11,131 bases of DNA from Okeania sp. (GCF_035285525.1 NZ_JAYKGW010000255.1:1-11131); one strand, 5' to 3'; shown: positions 1 to 5,885, counted from the first letter of the stretch. The notes: a model not told the origin generated them from the sequence alone. Made by a program: numbers and translations.

Positions 1-67
1 AGTAAGCGCTTTTTTTCTGACGGAATGTTGCGCAGCAAAACACACCCTACTAGAATAACTAATGTTG
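1..67. repeat. 67-bp direct repeat, copy 1 (may continue left of the window)
   Basis: agtaagcgctttttttctgacggaatgttgcgcagcaaaacacaccctactagaataactaatgttg recurs at 134-200 with one mismatch (c/t at repeat position 36). Offset is 133 bp. Confidence 0.9.
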
Positions 68-133
68 AATTTCATGCCTCATAATTACATCTAGACCTAG
101 ACCGAGAAACCCAGTTTCTCTTAGGTAGTTTGC

Positions 134-200
134 AGTAAGCGCTTTTTTTCTGACGGAATGTTGCGCAGTAAAACACACCCTACTAGAATAACTAATGTTG
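134..200. repeat. 67-bp direct repeat, copy 2
   Basis: 66/67 identical to 1-67. It runs directly into the hairpin repeat at 197-257. Confidence 0.9.
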
Positions 201-257
201 GGTTGAGGCACGAAAGCCAACCTACACCTGTTGGGTTTCGGGGTACCTCAACCCAAC
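197..257. repeat. Composite palindromic element made of two inverted GTTGGGTTGAGG..CGAAACCCAAC-type hairpin repeats
   Basis: GTTGGGTTGAGGCACGAAAGCCAAC (197-221), ctacacct, then GTTGGGTTTCGGGGTACCTCAACCCAAC (230-257). The two halves are near reverse complements. The same family occurs at 10970-11040, including the CTACACC flank. Confidence 0.8.
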
Positions 258-308
258 TTAAGCTTTTTGTAATGAATAGAGTAAAACTTAGTTTCTGGAG
301 GTCAAAAA

Positions 309-878
309 ATGACAAAATTTACCACAAATAAATGGCTATATCTGATTAGTAAAATCAGCAAAGGAACATATAATTTAAGTGTTATTTTACTGACTACAGC
401 AGTTATTTTATTTAGTGAAAATTTAGCGATCGCTTCTACTCCTCTTGTTGCTCAGGCAAGAATGGATAACCCCGAAATACAGGCAGAAAAATTAGTTCGT
501 CTTGTACTTCGGTTAGGAGAACGACGGGTATATGTATATGAGGGAGAACAACAAGTTGCTAGTTATCCTGTAGCTGTGGGTAAACCAGGTTGGGAAACTC
601 CCACAGGCAATTTTAAAGTTATTCAAAAGGTAGAAAACCCGGAATGGGAGAACCCTTGGACAGGTGAAGTCATGCCAGCCGGACCAAATACTGCTCTGGG
701 ATTAAGATGGATTGGTTTTTGGACTGATGGCAAAGACACAATAGGATTTCACGGTACTCCGACTGTAGATTCTATTGGGTATGCTGCTTCCCACGGTTGC
801 GTGCGGATGTACAATGAACATGTGGTTAAATTGTTTGAGCAAGTACAAGTAGGTACTTCGGTAGTAGTAGAACCATAG
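309..878 (+). CDS. L,D-transpeptidase (YkuD domain), membrane-anchored or secreted
   Basis: Complete 189-aa ORF. GGAGG at 297-301 lies 7 nt before ATG 309. N-terminal hydrophobic segment LSVILLTTAVILF. YkuD hallmarks FHGTP and active-site SHGCVRM (Cys codon 798-800). HIP1 site at 426-433. Confidence 0.88.
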   Translation: MTKFTTNKWLYLISKISKGTYNLSVILLTTAVILFSENLAIASTPLVAQARMDNPEIQAEKLVRLVLRLGERRVYVYEGEQQVASYPVAVGKPGWETPTGNFKVIQKVENPEWENPWTGEVMPAGPNTALGLRWIGFWTDGKDTIGFHGTPTVDSIGYAASHGCVRMYNEHVVKLFEQVQVGTSVVVEP

Positions 879-883
879 TTTTA

Positions 884-1071
884 GTAATGGATAATGGATA
901 ATTGATAATTGATAATTAGGGTTTGCTCAAAAAAGTAGTGTACTGGCACATCTAATCAGTGTGGATGAGGGCGGGTTTGTCTAAATCTCAGAGTAACCAT
1001 GAAAATTCTAGATAAAACCCGCCCCTACTGTTGCACTATTTTAGCTGTGTCAGTTATCCATTATCCATTAC
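884..1071. repeat. Nested palindromic intergenic element with STRR-like heptamer run
   Basis: The outer 18-bp perfect inverted repeat is gtaatggataatggataa (884-901), which pairs with ttatccattatccattac (1054-1071). Heptamer run (G/T)GATAAT x4 at about 890-917. The inner stem GGGCGGGTTT (969-978) pairs with AAACCCGCCC (1015-1024) over a 36-nt loop. It lies between the convergent ldt-like and Uma2 genes, and the right arm covers the Uma2 stop codon. Confidence 0.8.
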
Positions 1072-1784
1072 TTAATATCTGGAGCTATTCCTGCTTCTCG
1101 AAGCAACTGTTCCAGACGTTTAGCACGTTCCTCAGCAACTTGTTTGGCCTGACGTTCGTCATCCAATTGTTTTTGGGTATTATCCAATTGTTCCTGAACT
1201 TGCTCTAAACGTTGTTGAACCTGGAAATAATCTGCAAATAATTGACCATCTGGACGATACAATTGCCAAATTTCTGGCAAGATTTCAAACTTAATTCCTA
1301 AGCGTGGGGAAACCCAACCATTCATTTCGTCAATTACGTCTAGTAAAGCTCCAGAACGCAACCATCCCGTCAAATCATTTTTCTGCGGATCGTACAAATA
1401 ATACTCCTCCACACCATAATTGTCATAAAATAGGCGTTTCTTACTCATCTCCTTCAAAGTATTTCCTGGAGAAAGAATTTCAAATACCACTTGGGGAGCA
1501 ATATTATTTTCTTTCCATTGCTGATAAGAACCCCTATCTCCTTTAGGCACTCCAAATGTCACCATGACATCTGGCGCTTGACGTAACTTATTATTGCCTT
1601 GTACTGGATACCAAAGTAAATCTCCAGCGACAAAGACTTCCGGATTTTCGGCAAATAGCCAAGCTAGATTATGGTAGATGACCATGATCCAGCGAAATTG
1701 AACTGTATTATCTGCCATTGGTTGGCCGTCACTATCGGGATAAACAATTTCTGGATGGGTTTCGATTTCGAGTTGTTTAATCAT
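1068..1784 (-). CDS. Uma2 family (DUF820) putative PD-(D/E)XK endonuclease with C-terminal coiled-coil tail
   Basis: The start is placed at Met43 of the tracked ORF (ATG 1784-1782) because GAGGAA (complement of 1791-1796) lies 6-7 nt upstream and the family typically begins near ..PDSDGQPMADNT. Typical Uma2 blocks: YPDSDGQPMADNT, FVAGDLLWYP, APDVMV, VVFEILSPGN, YGVEEYYLYDP. The tail QRLEQVQEQLDNTQKQLDDERQAKQVAEERAKRLEQLLREAGI is heptad-like. Confidence 0.85.
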   Translation of the reverse strand: MIKQLEIETHPEIVYPDSDGQPMADNTVQFRWIMVIYHNLAWLFAENPEVFVAGDLLWYPVQGNNKLRQAPDVMVTFGVPKGDRGSYQQWKENNIAPQVVFEILSPGNTLKEMSKKRLFYDNYGVEEYYLYDPQKNDLTGWLRSGALLDVIDEMNGWVSPRLGIKFEILPEIWQLYRPDGQLFADYFQVQQRLEQVQEQLDNTQKQLDDERQAKQVAEERAKRLEQLLREAGIAPDIK

Positions 1785-1897
1785 AGTTTTTTCCTCAAAA
1801 TTTCTGCAAAACCTATGTATTTCAATTATAATGTAATTCTGATTGTTTAAACCATCATTTGGGAAACAAGCTAAAATATTTACAGCACTTTTGAGGA

Positions 1898-2226
1898 TAG
1901 TGAGGTACACTTAATCTCTTTGTAACACAGCCTTCTCGGCTGTCAAAAACAAGATGCTCAGGTACAGTCAATCTCTTTGTAACACAGCCTTCTCGGCTGT
2001 CAAAAACAAGATGCTCAGGTACAGTCAATCTCTTTGTAACACAGCCTTCTCGGCTGTCAAAAACAAGATGCTCAGGTACAGTCAATCTATTTGTAACACA
2101 GCTTTCTAGGCTGTAAAAACAGGATACTCAGGTACAGTCAATCTATTTGTAACACAGCTTTCTAGGCTGTAACAACCTGGAAGGTTGTGTTACCAAGATG
2201 ACTAAAAAAAATTTTGTACCTCACTA
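1898..2226. repeat. 57-bp tandem repeat array (about 4.7 units, each with a 6-bp stem hairpin) bounded by an 11-bp perfect inverted repeat
   Basis: Units at 1904-1960, 1961-2017, 2018-2074 (units 2 and 3 identical), 2075-2130 (56 bp) and 2131 to about 2170 (partial). Consensus: ggtacagtcaatctctttgtaacACAGCCttctcGGCTGTcaaaaacaagatgctca. A terminal hairpin GTAACAACC-tggaa-GGTTGTGTTAC lies at 2169-2193. Flanking inverted repeat: TAGTGAGGTAC (1898-1908) and GTACCTCACTA (2216-2226). Confidence 0.95.
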
Positions 2227-2269
2227 ACTCCGAAATTGCTGTAAGTTAATCGCTATCAAGATATAAAAT

Positions 2270-3466
2270 ATGTGGAAACCAGAATTATTAGCTCCTGCAA
2301 AAAATCTCGAACGTCTCAAAGTTGCTATTACTTATGGTGCTGATGCTGTTTATGTGGGGGGGCAAAAATATGGTCTACGAGCGCGAGCAGATAATTTTTC
2401 TGATTATGATTTGGAATATGGAGTAAATTTTGCTCGCGAAAATGATGCTAAAGTTTACATCACCCTAAACGCTTTTCTCCATGATGATGATTTTGAGGGA
2501 TTGGCAGAATATTGTCAATTTATGGAATCTATTGGGGTTGATGGAGTTATTGTTTCTGATTTGGGGGTGGTGCGAGTGGTGAAAAATAGTTCTAATCTTG
2601 ATATTCATCTCTCGACTCAAGCATCTTGTTTAAATTCTTATGCTGGTCAAATGTGGAAACAGTTTGGGGTGAAGCGTCTCATAGTGGGGCGAGAAGTTAG
2701 TGTGGTAGAGGGAGGAGCGATTAAATCGGAAACTGGTATTGATGTGGAAATGTTTATACATGGTGCTATGTGTATGGCATATTCTGGTAATTGTACAATT
2801 TCCAATTTTACAGCGGGTAGAGATTCTAATCGTGGTGGTTGTATTCAGTCTTGTCGTTTTCCCTATCAGTTGGCAGCAAAAACAGATGATCGCCCAGTTA
2901 CTTTTATGTCTTCTAAAGATTTATGGGGTATTCATCAAATAGGTACGTTTTTTGAGCAGCAAATTTGTTCTCTGAAAATAGAGGGGCGGATGAAATCATC
3001 ATTTTATGTGGCGGTGACTTGTAGAGCATATCGGCAAGCGATCGATGCTTATGCAGCAGGAAAGTTAACTCCAGAAATGGTGCATCAAATTGTGTCTGAG
3101 TTAGAATCTATTCCCCACCGTGATTATAATTCTGCTGCTTTGGAAACTCCTGCGGACAGTGATTCTGTGTATAAGCAGTTGGCAAGTAGTAGGGGTACTC
3201 ACGAATATCTGGGAATAGTGATGGAGACAACAGCAGAGAATATTGTTTTGCAACTGGTTGAGTCTGTGGCAGTGGGAGATAAAATTGAGATTATTCCCGT
3301 CCATGGGGAAATAATGAGGTGGGAGGTGAGTAAGCTTTTTTCTGTGGTAGGCGATCGCTTGGAGAAAATGCGAGCAGGGAATGTAGTTTGTATTCCGAAA
3401 AGTGTAGCGCCAGATATTTTGGATGGTGTAGAGAAGTTAAATGTAGTCAGAATCGCGCCATTTTAA
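2270..3466 (+). CDS. Peptidase U32 family protein (RlhA/TrhP/YhbU-like; probable Fe-S protein)
   Basis: Complete 398-aa ORF. N-terminus KPELLAPAKNLERLKVAITYGADAVYVGG is typical of U32. EMFIHGAMCMAYSGNCTIS fits the U32 signature E-x-F-x2-G-[SA]-[LIVM]-C-x4-G-x-C-x-[LIVM]-S. Four Cys are spaced C168-x6-C175-x15-C191-x3-C195 (nt 2771-2854). HIP1 at 3351-3358. Confidence 0.9.
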   Translation: MWKPELLAPAKNLERLKVAITYGADAVYVGGQKYGLRARADNFSDYDLEYGVNFARENDAKVYITLNAFLHDDDFEGLAEYCQFMESIGVDGVIVSDLGVVRVVKNSSNLDIHLSTQASCLNSYAGQMWKQFGVKRLIVGREVSVVEGGAIKSETGIDVEMFIHGAMCMAYSGNCTISNFTAGRDSNRGGCIQSCRFPYQLAAKTDDRPVTFMSSKDLWGIHQIGTFFEQQICSLKIEGRMKSSFYVAVTCRAYRQAIDAYAAGKLTPEMVHQIVSELESIPHRDYNSAALETPADSDSVYKQLASSRGTHEYLGIVMETTAENIVLQLVESVAVGDKIEIIPVHGEIMRWEVSKLFSVVGDRLEKMRAGNVVCIPKSVAPDILDGVEKLNVVRIAPF

Positions 3467-3636
3467 TTGGTCATTTTAGTTATCAGTAGAGAGTGAACCT
3501 CCCACTAAAGTCTGAGGCTTAAAATACTAAGTTAAATATTTTTTCATCCCCGAACAAGGGGAGGCACATACCCTCATTTTTTGGTAAATGAAAGATGTAT
3601 AAATCTAGAGAAACTTAATCTATAATTTCAAATTAT

Positions 3637-4095
3637 ATGCTAACTTTACCAAGTAGTTGGTCAAAAATTGAAGCCGAGCAGATATATCAAACAATCAAGG
3701 GGCCTTTGGTCTCTTTTTCTCAGACTCAAATCAAACTAGCAAAAAGATACGATGTTAAACATAAACATATCAAAGCTATTGAAAAAGGAGAAGTTTCTCC
3801 TAGAGGAAATATTGGTTTAGTTCCTTCTGAAAAAGAAGGTTATCATCTGAAATCAAAAGTATTAGGAAAAGGAGGAAATTATCGTTTTCATGGTCAATAT
3901 ATATATTGCTCGATTCTGAATATTGAAAGTAATAACGATCAACAAGTAGAGATATTGACTGTATGCCTCCTTATTCATAGCGGTTTACATCAATTAGGTT
4001 GGCTACTTTTACAGAACTATATTAAAAGCGAAGAGGAAAATAAAGAAGCTTTTTATATGGTACTATACTTTACTGGATTAATGACAGAACACTAA
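3637..4095 (+). CDS. Hypothetical protein with N-terminal XRE/Cro-like helix-turn-helix and an unrecognised C-terminal domain
   Basis: 152-aa ORF in AT-rich DNA. Residues about 12-55 (nt 3670-3801), AEQIYQTIKGPLVSFSQTQIKLAKRYDVKHKHIKAIEKGEVSP, fit the XRE HTH pattern (SQ..LA....V....I..IE.GE..P). TATAAT at 3621-3626 lies 10 nt before the ATG. No SD sequence. The C-terminal half is not recognised. Coding status rests on ORF length and the HTH-like pattern only. Confidence 0.55.
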   Translation: MLTLPSSWSKIEAEQIYQTIKGPLVSFSQTQIKLAKRYDVKHKHIKAIEKGEVSPRGNIGLVPSEKEGYHLKSKVLGKGGNYRFHGQYIYCSILNIESNNDQQVEILTVCLLIHSGLHQLGWLLLQNYIKSEEENKEAFYMVLYFTGLMTEH

Positions 4096-4114
4096 TTTCA
4101 AAAAAACAACTATT

Positions 4115-4516
4115 ATGCTGACACTAACGATGAATCAGATGTTAGAAAATTTAGAAAAATCATCTATAACATCCTTAAAGTTTATTGCTCTAGAACATTT
4201 GCAATCCTCTAATTTTAAAATATTTGGATATTGGGACGAAAATGATAAATTTTATGATGAAATTACTTTAAAACAGCCCTTGGATGTAGACTTAGCAAAT
4301 TATTCAGTAGGTAAAAATTTGCCAGGAAATCTAGAAGAATATTGGATAAAACTCAAATTTTTGCTAATACCAGAACAACAGATATTAGCAGATTCAGAAA
4401 AATATTTTATCGCAGATAATATTGTTGGGGAAATGACTTTAATTTTAGATGAAAATTTTAAGTTTATTGACGAAATTTGGTCTATTGATATTGACTCGCC
4501 CTTTGTTATTGCTTAG
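4115..4516 (+). CDS. Hypothetical small, strongly acidic protein (133 aa), family not recognised
   Basis: The ORF starts 19 nt after the upstream stop, on the same strand. It has 23 Asp/Glu against 10 Lys, 0 Arg and 1 His. No motif recognised and no SD sequence. It shares the start context TAATTTCAAA..ATGCTnAC with the upstream gene. Confidence 0.5.
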   Translation: MLTLTMNQMLENLEKSSITSLKFIALEHLQSSNFKIFGYWDENDKFYDEITLKQPLDVDLANYSVGKNLPGNLEEYWIKLKFLLIPEQQILADSEKYFIADNIVGEMTLILDENFKFIDEIWSIDIDSPFVIA

Positions 4517-4639
4517 AAGATGAGGTAGAAAATGAATAATTGATAATGAACATATCATATTTACAAAAATAATTTTTTTGTTGTTGAGAAGTTAACTAAA
4601 TTTATGAGAAACTAAGATTCTTACTTAACTTCATTCAAA

Positions 4640-5181
4640 ATGAAAACTGACGATATATTTTATCGAATTTTTCAAGACTTACCCGAAACTTTCTTTGAGT
4701 TATGGGGATAAATACCAGGAAAACTCAATGATTATCGTTTTGATTGAGTAGAATTAAAACAGACTTCCTTTAGAATAGATAGGATATTTTTGCCTCAAGG
4801 TATTGACCAACTAATTTATTTTACGGAGGTACAGTTTCAAAAAGACGAAAAAATCTATTTACGTTTATTTTCTGAGATTTTCACCTATCTTAGAGATTAA
4901 GAACCGAAGTTGCGTTGGCGTGCTATGATTATCTTTAAAAATCGTAGTTTTGAACCAACAGAAAGGGAAAGAGAATCTGTCCAACCTTTTTTAGATTCTC
5001 CCAATGATTTGAAAAAAATTATCTGGCTCAAGAATTAATGGCAGAAGCAGAAGTTATAGGAAAATTAAAGGTTGTTATGAGCTGATTAAAGGAAGGCTTT
5101 TCTGTGGAAAAGATTGCCGAAATTTTAGAACTAGAAATTGAGGAAGTACGACCAGCTATTGTTCTTTTTGAATTAACTTAA
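4640..5181 (+). pseudogene. Rpn-family recombination-promoting nuclease/putative transposase pseudogene (DUF2887-like N-terminus fused by internal deletion to a DUF4351-like C-terminus)
   Basis: The reading frame from ATG 4640 gives MKTDDIFYRIFQDLPETFFELWG*IPGKLNDYRFD*VELKQTSFRIDRIFLPQGIDQLIYFTEVQFQKDEKIYLRLFSEIFTYLRD*EPKLRWRAMIIFKNRSFEP.. In-frame stops fall at 4709-4711 (TAA), 4745-4747 (TGA) and 4898-4900 (TAA). The RID..EVQ motif is the PD-(D/E)XK-like core of this family. The middle of the gene is missing after ..FLDSP (about 5000). The C-terminal part NYLAQELMAEAEVIGKLKVVMS*LKEGFSVEKIAEILELEIEEVRPAIVLFELT* needs a -1 shift in an A7 run and contains another TGA. Confidence 0.8.
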
Positions 5182-5541
5182 ATAGTTGGTTGAGTTGAAG
5201 AAACGAAACTCAACTAATTATTCTCTATATTCCAGAGTATTGTTGGGAAATAAAATTACCACAAATAATTCGTCAGAAGTTAGAAGCTATGTTTAATATG
5301 AATGATTTGAAAAAAATTATCTGGCTCAAGAATTAACGGCAGAAGCAGAAGTTATAGGAAAATTAAAGGTTGTTATGAGCTGATTAAAGGAAGGCTTTTC
5401 TGTGGAAAAGATTGCCGAAATTTTAGAACTAGAAATTGAGGAAGTACGACCAGCTATTGCTCTTTTTGAATTAACTTAAATAGTTGGTTGAGTTGAAGGA
5501 ACAAAACTCAACTAATTATTCTCTATATTCCAGAGTATTGT
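5003..5541 (+). repeat. Tandem duplication with a 298-bp period; the two 241-bp shared blocks are 5003-5243 and 5301-5541
   Basis: The two blocks differ at 4 of 241 positions by my alignment. Each contains the DUF4351-like gene tail, its stop (5179-5181, 5477-5479) and a hairpin: GTTGAGTT (5189-5196) pairs with AACTCAAC (5207-5214), and GTTGAGTT (5487-5494) pairs with AACTCAAC (5505-5512). Confidence 0.95.
5220..5479 (+). pseudogene. Second Rpn-family C-terminal fragment (DUF4351-like)
   Basis: ILYIPEYCWEIKLPQIIRQKLEAMFNMNDLKK followed, after the same A7 frameshift and TGA, by NYLAQELTAEAEVIGKLKVVMS*LKEGFSVEKIAEILELEIEEVRPAIALFELT*. It resembles the ..VYKLPQLSREEIEAMFGLSELKQT.. region of intact family members, as recalled from memory. 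Confidence 0.7.
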
Positions 5542-5574
5542 CAAGTGCGACAAGCTATTACTCAATTGAATTAA
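5518..5574 (+). pseudogene. Third, more diverged Rpn-family tail remnant
   Basis: ILYIPEYC is joined directly to QVRQAITQLN* (5542-5574). Compare EEVRPAIALFELT* in the other two copies. No start codon. Confidence 0.6.
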
Positions 5575-5643
5575 CTGAGGCTTGCTTATTAATCAGCAAA
5601 GCATTAAGAAATAAAATTTTTAGCATTTTTAGGGTGTAAAATA

Positions 5644-5737
5644 GGACTTACGCCAAGACACTATATTTAGATTTAGCGTTCAAAACTATTGCACAATAGT
5701 TTTTTCACTCTATAGCATAGTACCTTTGCGTAAGTTC
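5644..5737. repeat. 94-bp palindromic MITE-like element, copy 1
   Basis: ggACTTACGCcAAG...CTTTGCGTAAGTtc outer arms. The central perfect palindrome AAAACTATTG (5682-5691) pairs with CAATAGTTTT (5694-5703). A related copy lies in inverted orientation at 8524-8607. Confidence 0.85.
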
Positions 5738-5758
5738 TAATCCAGTTGAACAGTTGTC

Positions 5759-5806
5759 CCTATCGACGATAGGAAGCAATCTCAAAGCTGCGCGGAGATT
5801 GCTTCC
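5759..5806 (-). terminator. Two adjacent palindromes downstream of the nucleotidase gene (possible non-canonical terminator or protein-binding site)
   Basis: CCTATCG-a-CGATAGG (5759-5773), overlapping GGAAGCAATCTC (5772-5783), an 11-nt loop, and GAGATTGCTTCC (5795-5806), a perfect 12-bp stem. No U-tract follows on either strand, so terminator function is uncertain. Confidence 0.3.
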
Positions 5807-5885
5807 TTTCACTGCGTTCCTGTCGTAATGACTTGATAATTAGTGTTTATCTGAACATGATATAATTCCTCTATTCTAGAAATGT

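Noticed and set aside
121-315. 64-aa minus-strand ORF
   Set aside because: It is composed entirely of the 67-bp direct repeat and the palindromic hairpin repeat (the typical spurious ..PTGVGWL.. peptide), and it overlaps the transpeptidase start and SD sequence.
999-1546. Plus-strand ORFs 999-1208 and 1304-1546
   Set aside because: The first starts inside the palindromic intergenic element and runs antisense into Uma2. The second is fully antisense to Uma2. Both are low-complexity and lack recognisable motifs.
1785-1910. 42-codon N-terminal extension of the Uma2 ORF (MYLTILKSAVNILACF...)
   Set aside because: The extension overlaps the repeat array edge and lacks family-like sequence. The internal ATG at 1784 has a GAGGAA Shine-Dalgarno sequence and gives the typical family N-terminus.
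1855-2085. 76-aa minus-strand ORF with the repeating peptide TVPEHLVFDSREGCVTKRL
   Set aside because: It is produced by the 57-bp (19-codon) tandem repeat keeping a frame open. It starts with TTG, has no SD sequence, and runs out of the array into the Uma2 upstream region. Most likely a repeat artefact, though coding cannot be strictly excluded.
1904-2170. CRISPR array interpretation of the 57-bp repeats
   Set aside because: Units are directly adjacent with no unique spacers, the unit length is outside the usual repeat range, and no cas genes are present in the window.
2205-2230. NtcA site (GTA-N8-TAC) upstream of the U32 gene
   Set aside because: The sequence is GTAcctcactaACT, so the downstream half-site is not TAC. 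The GTAC here is better explained as the right arm of the 11-bp inverted repeat flanking the array.
2739-3304. ORFs 2739-2942 (+) and 3101-3304 (-) inside the U32 gene
   Set aside because: They are alternative-frame or antisense ORFs nested in a gene with strong family motifs. Their Cys/Leu/Val-rich composition is typical of off-frame translation.
3540-3585. Intrinsic terminator for the U32 gene (TCCCC-gaacaa-GGGGA followed by a T-run)
   Set aside because: The stem is only 5 bp, and the T6 run lies about 13 nt downstream of the stem rather than adjacent to it. Too weak to annotate.
4640-5181. Functional Rpn-family gene using stop-codon readthrough or recoding
   Set aside because: There are four nonsense codons of two types, plus a frameshift and a large internal deletion. 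No known recoding context is present, and decay is the simpler explanation.
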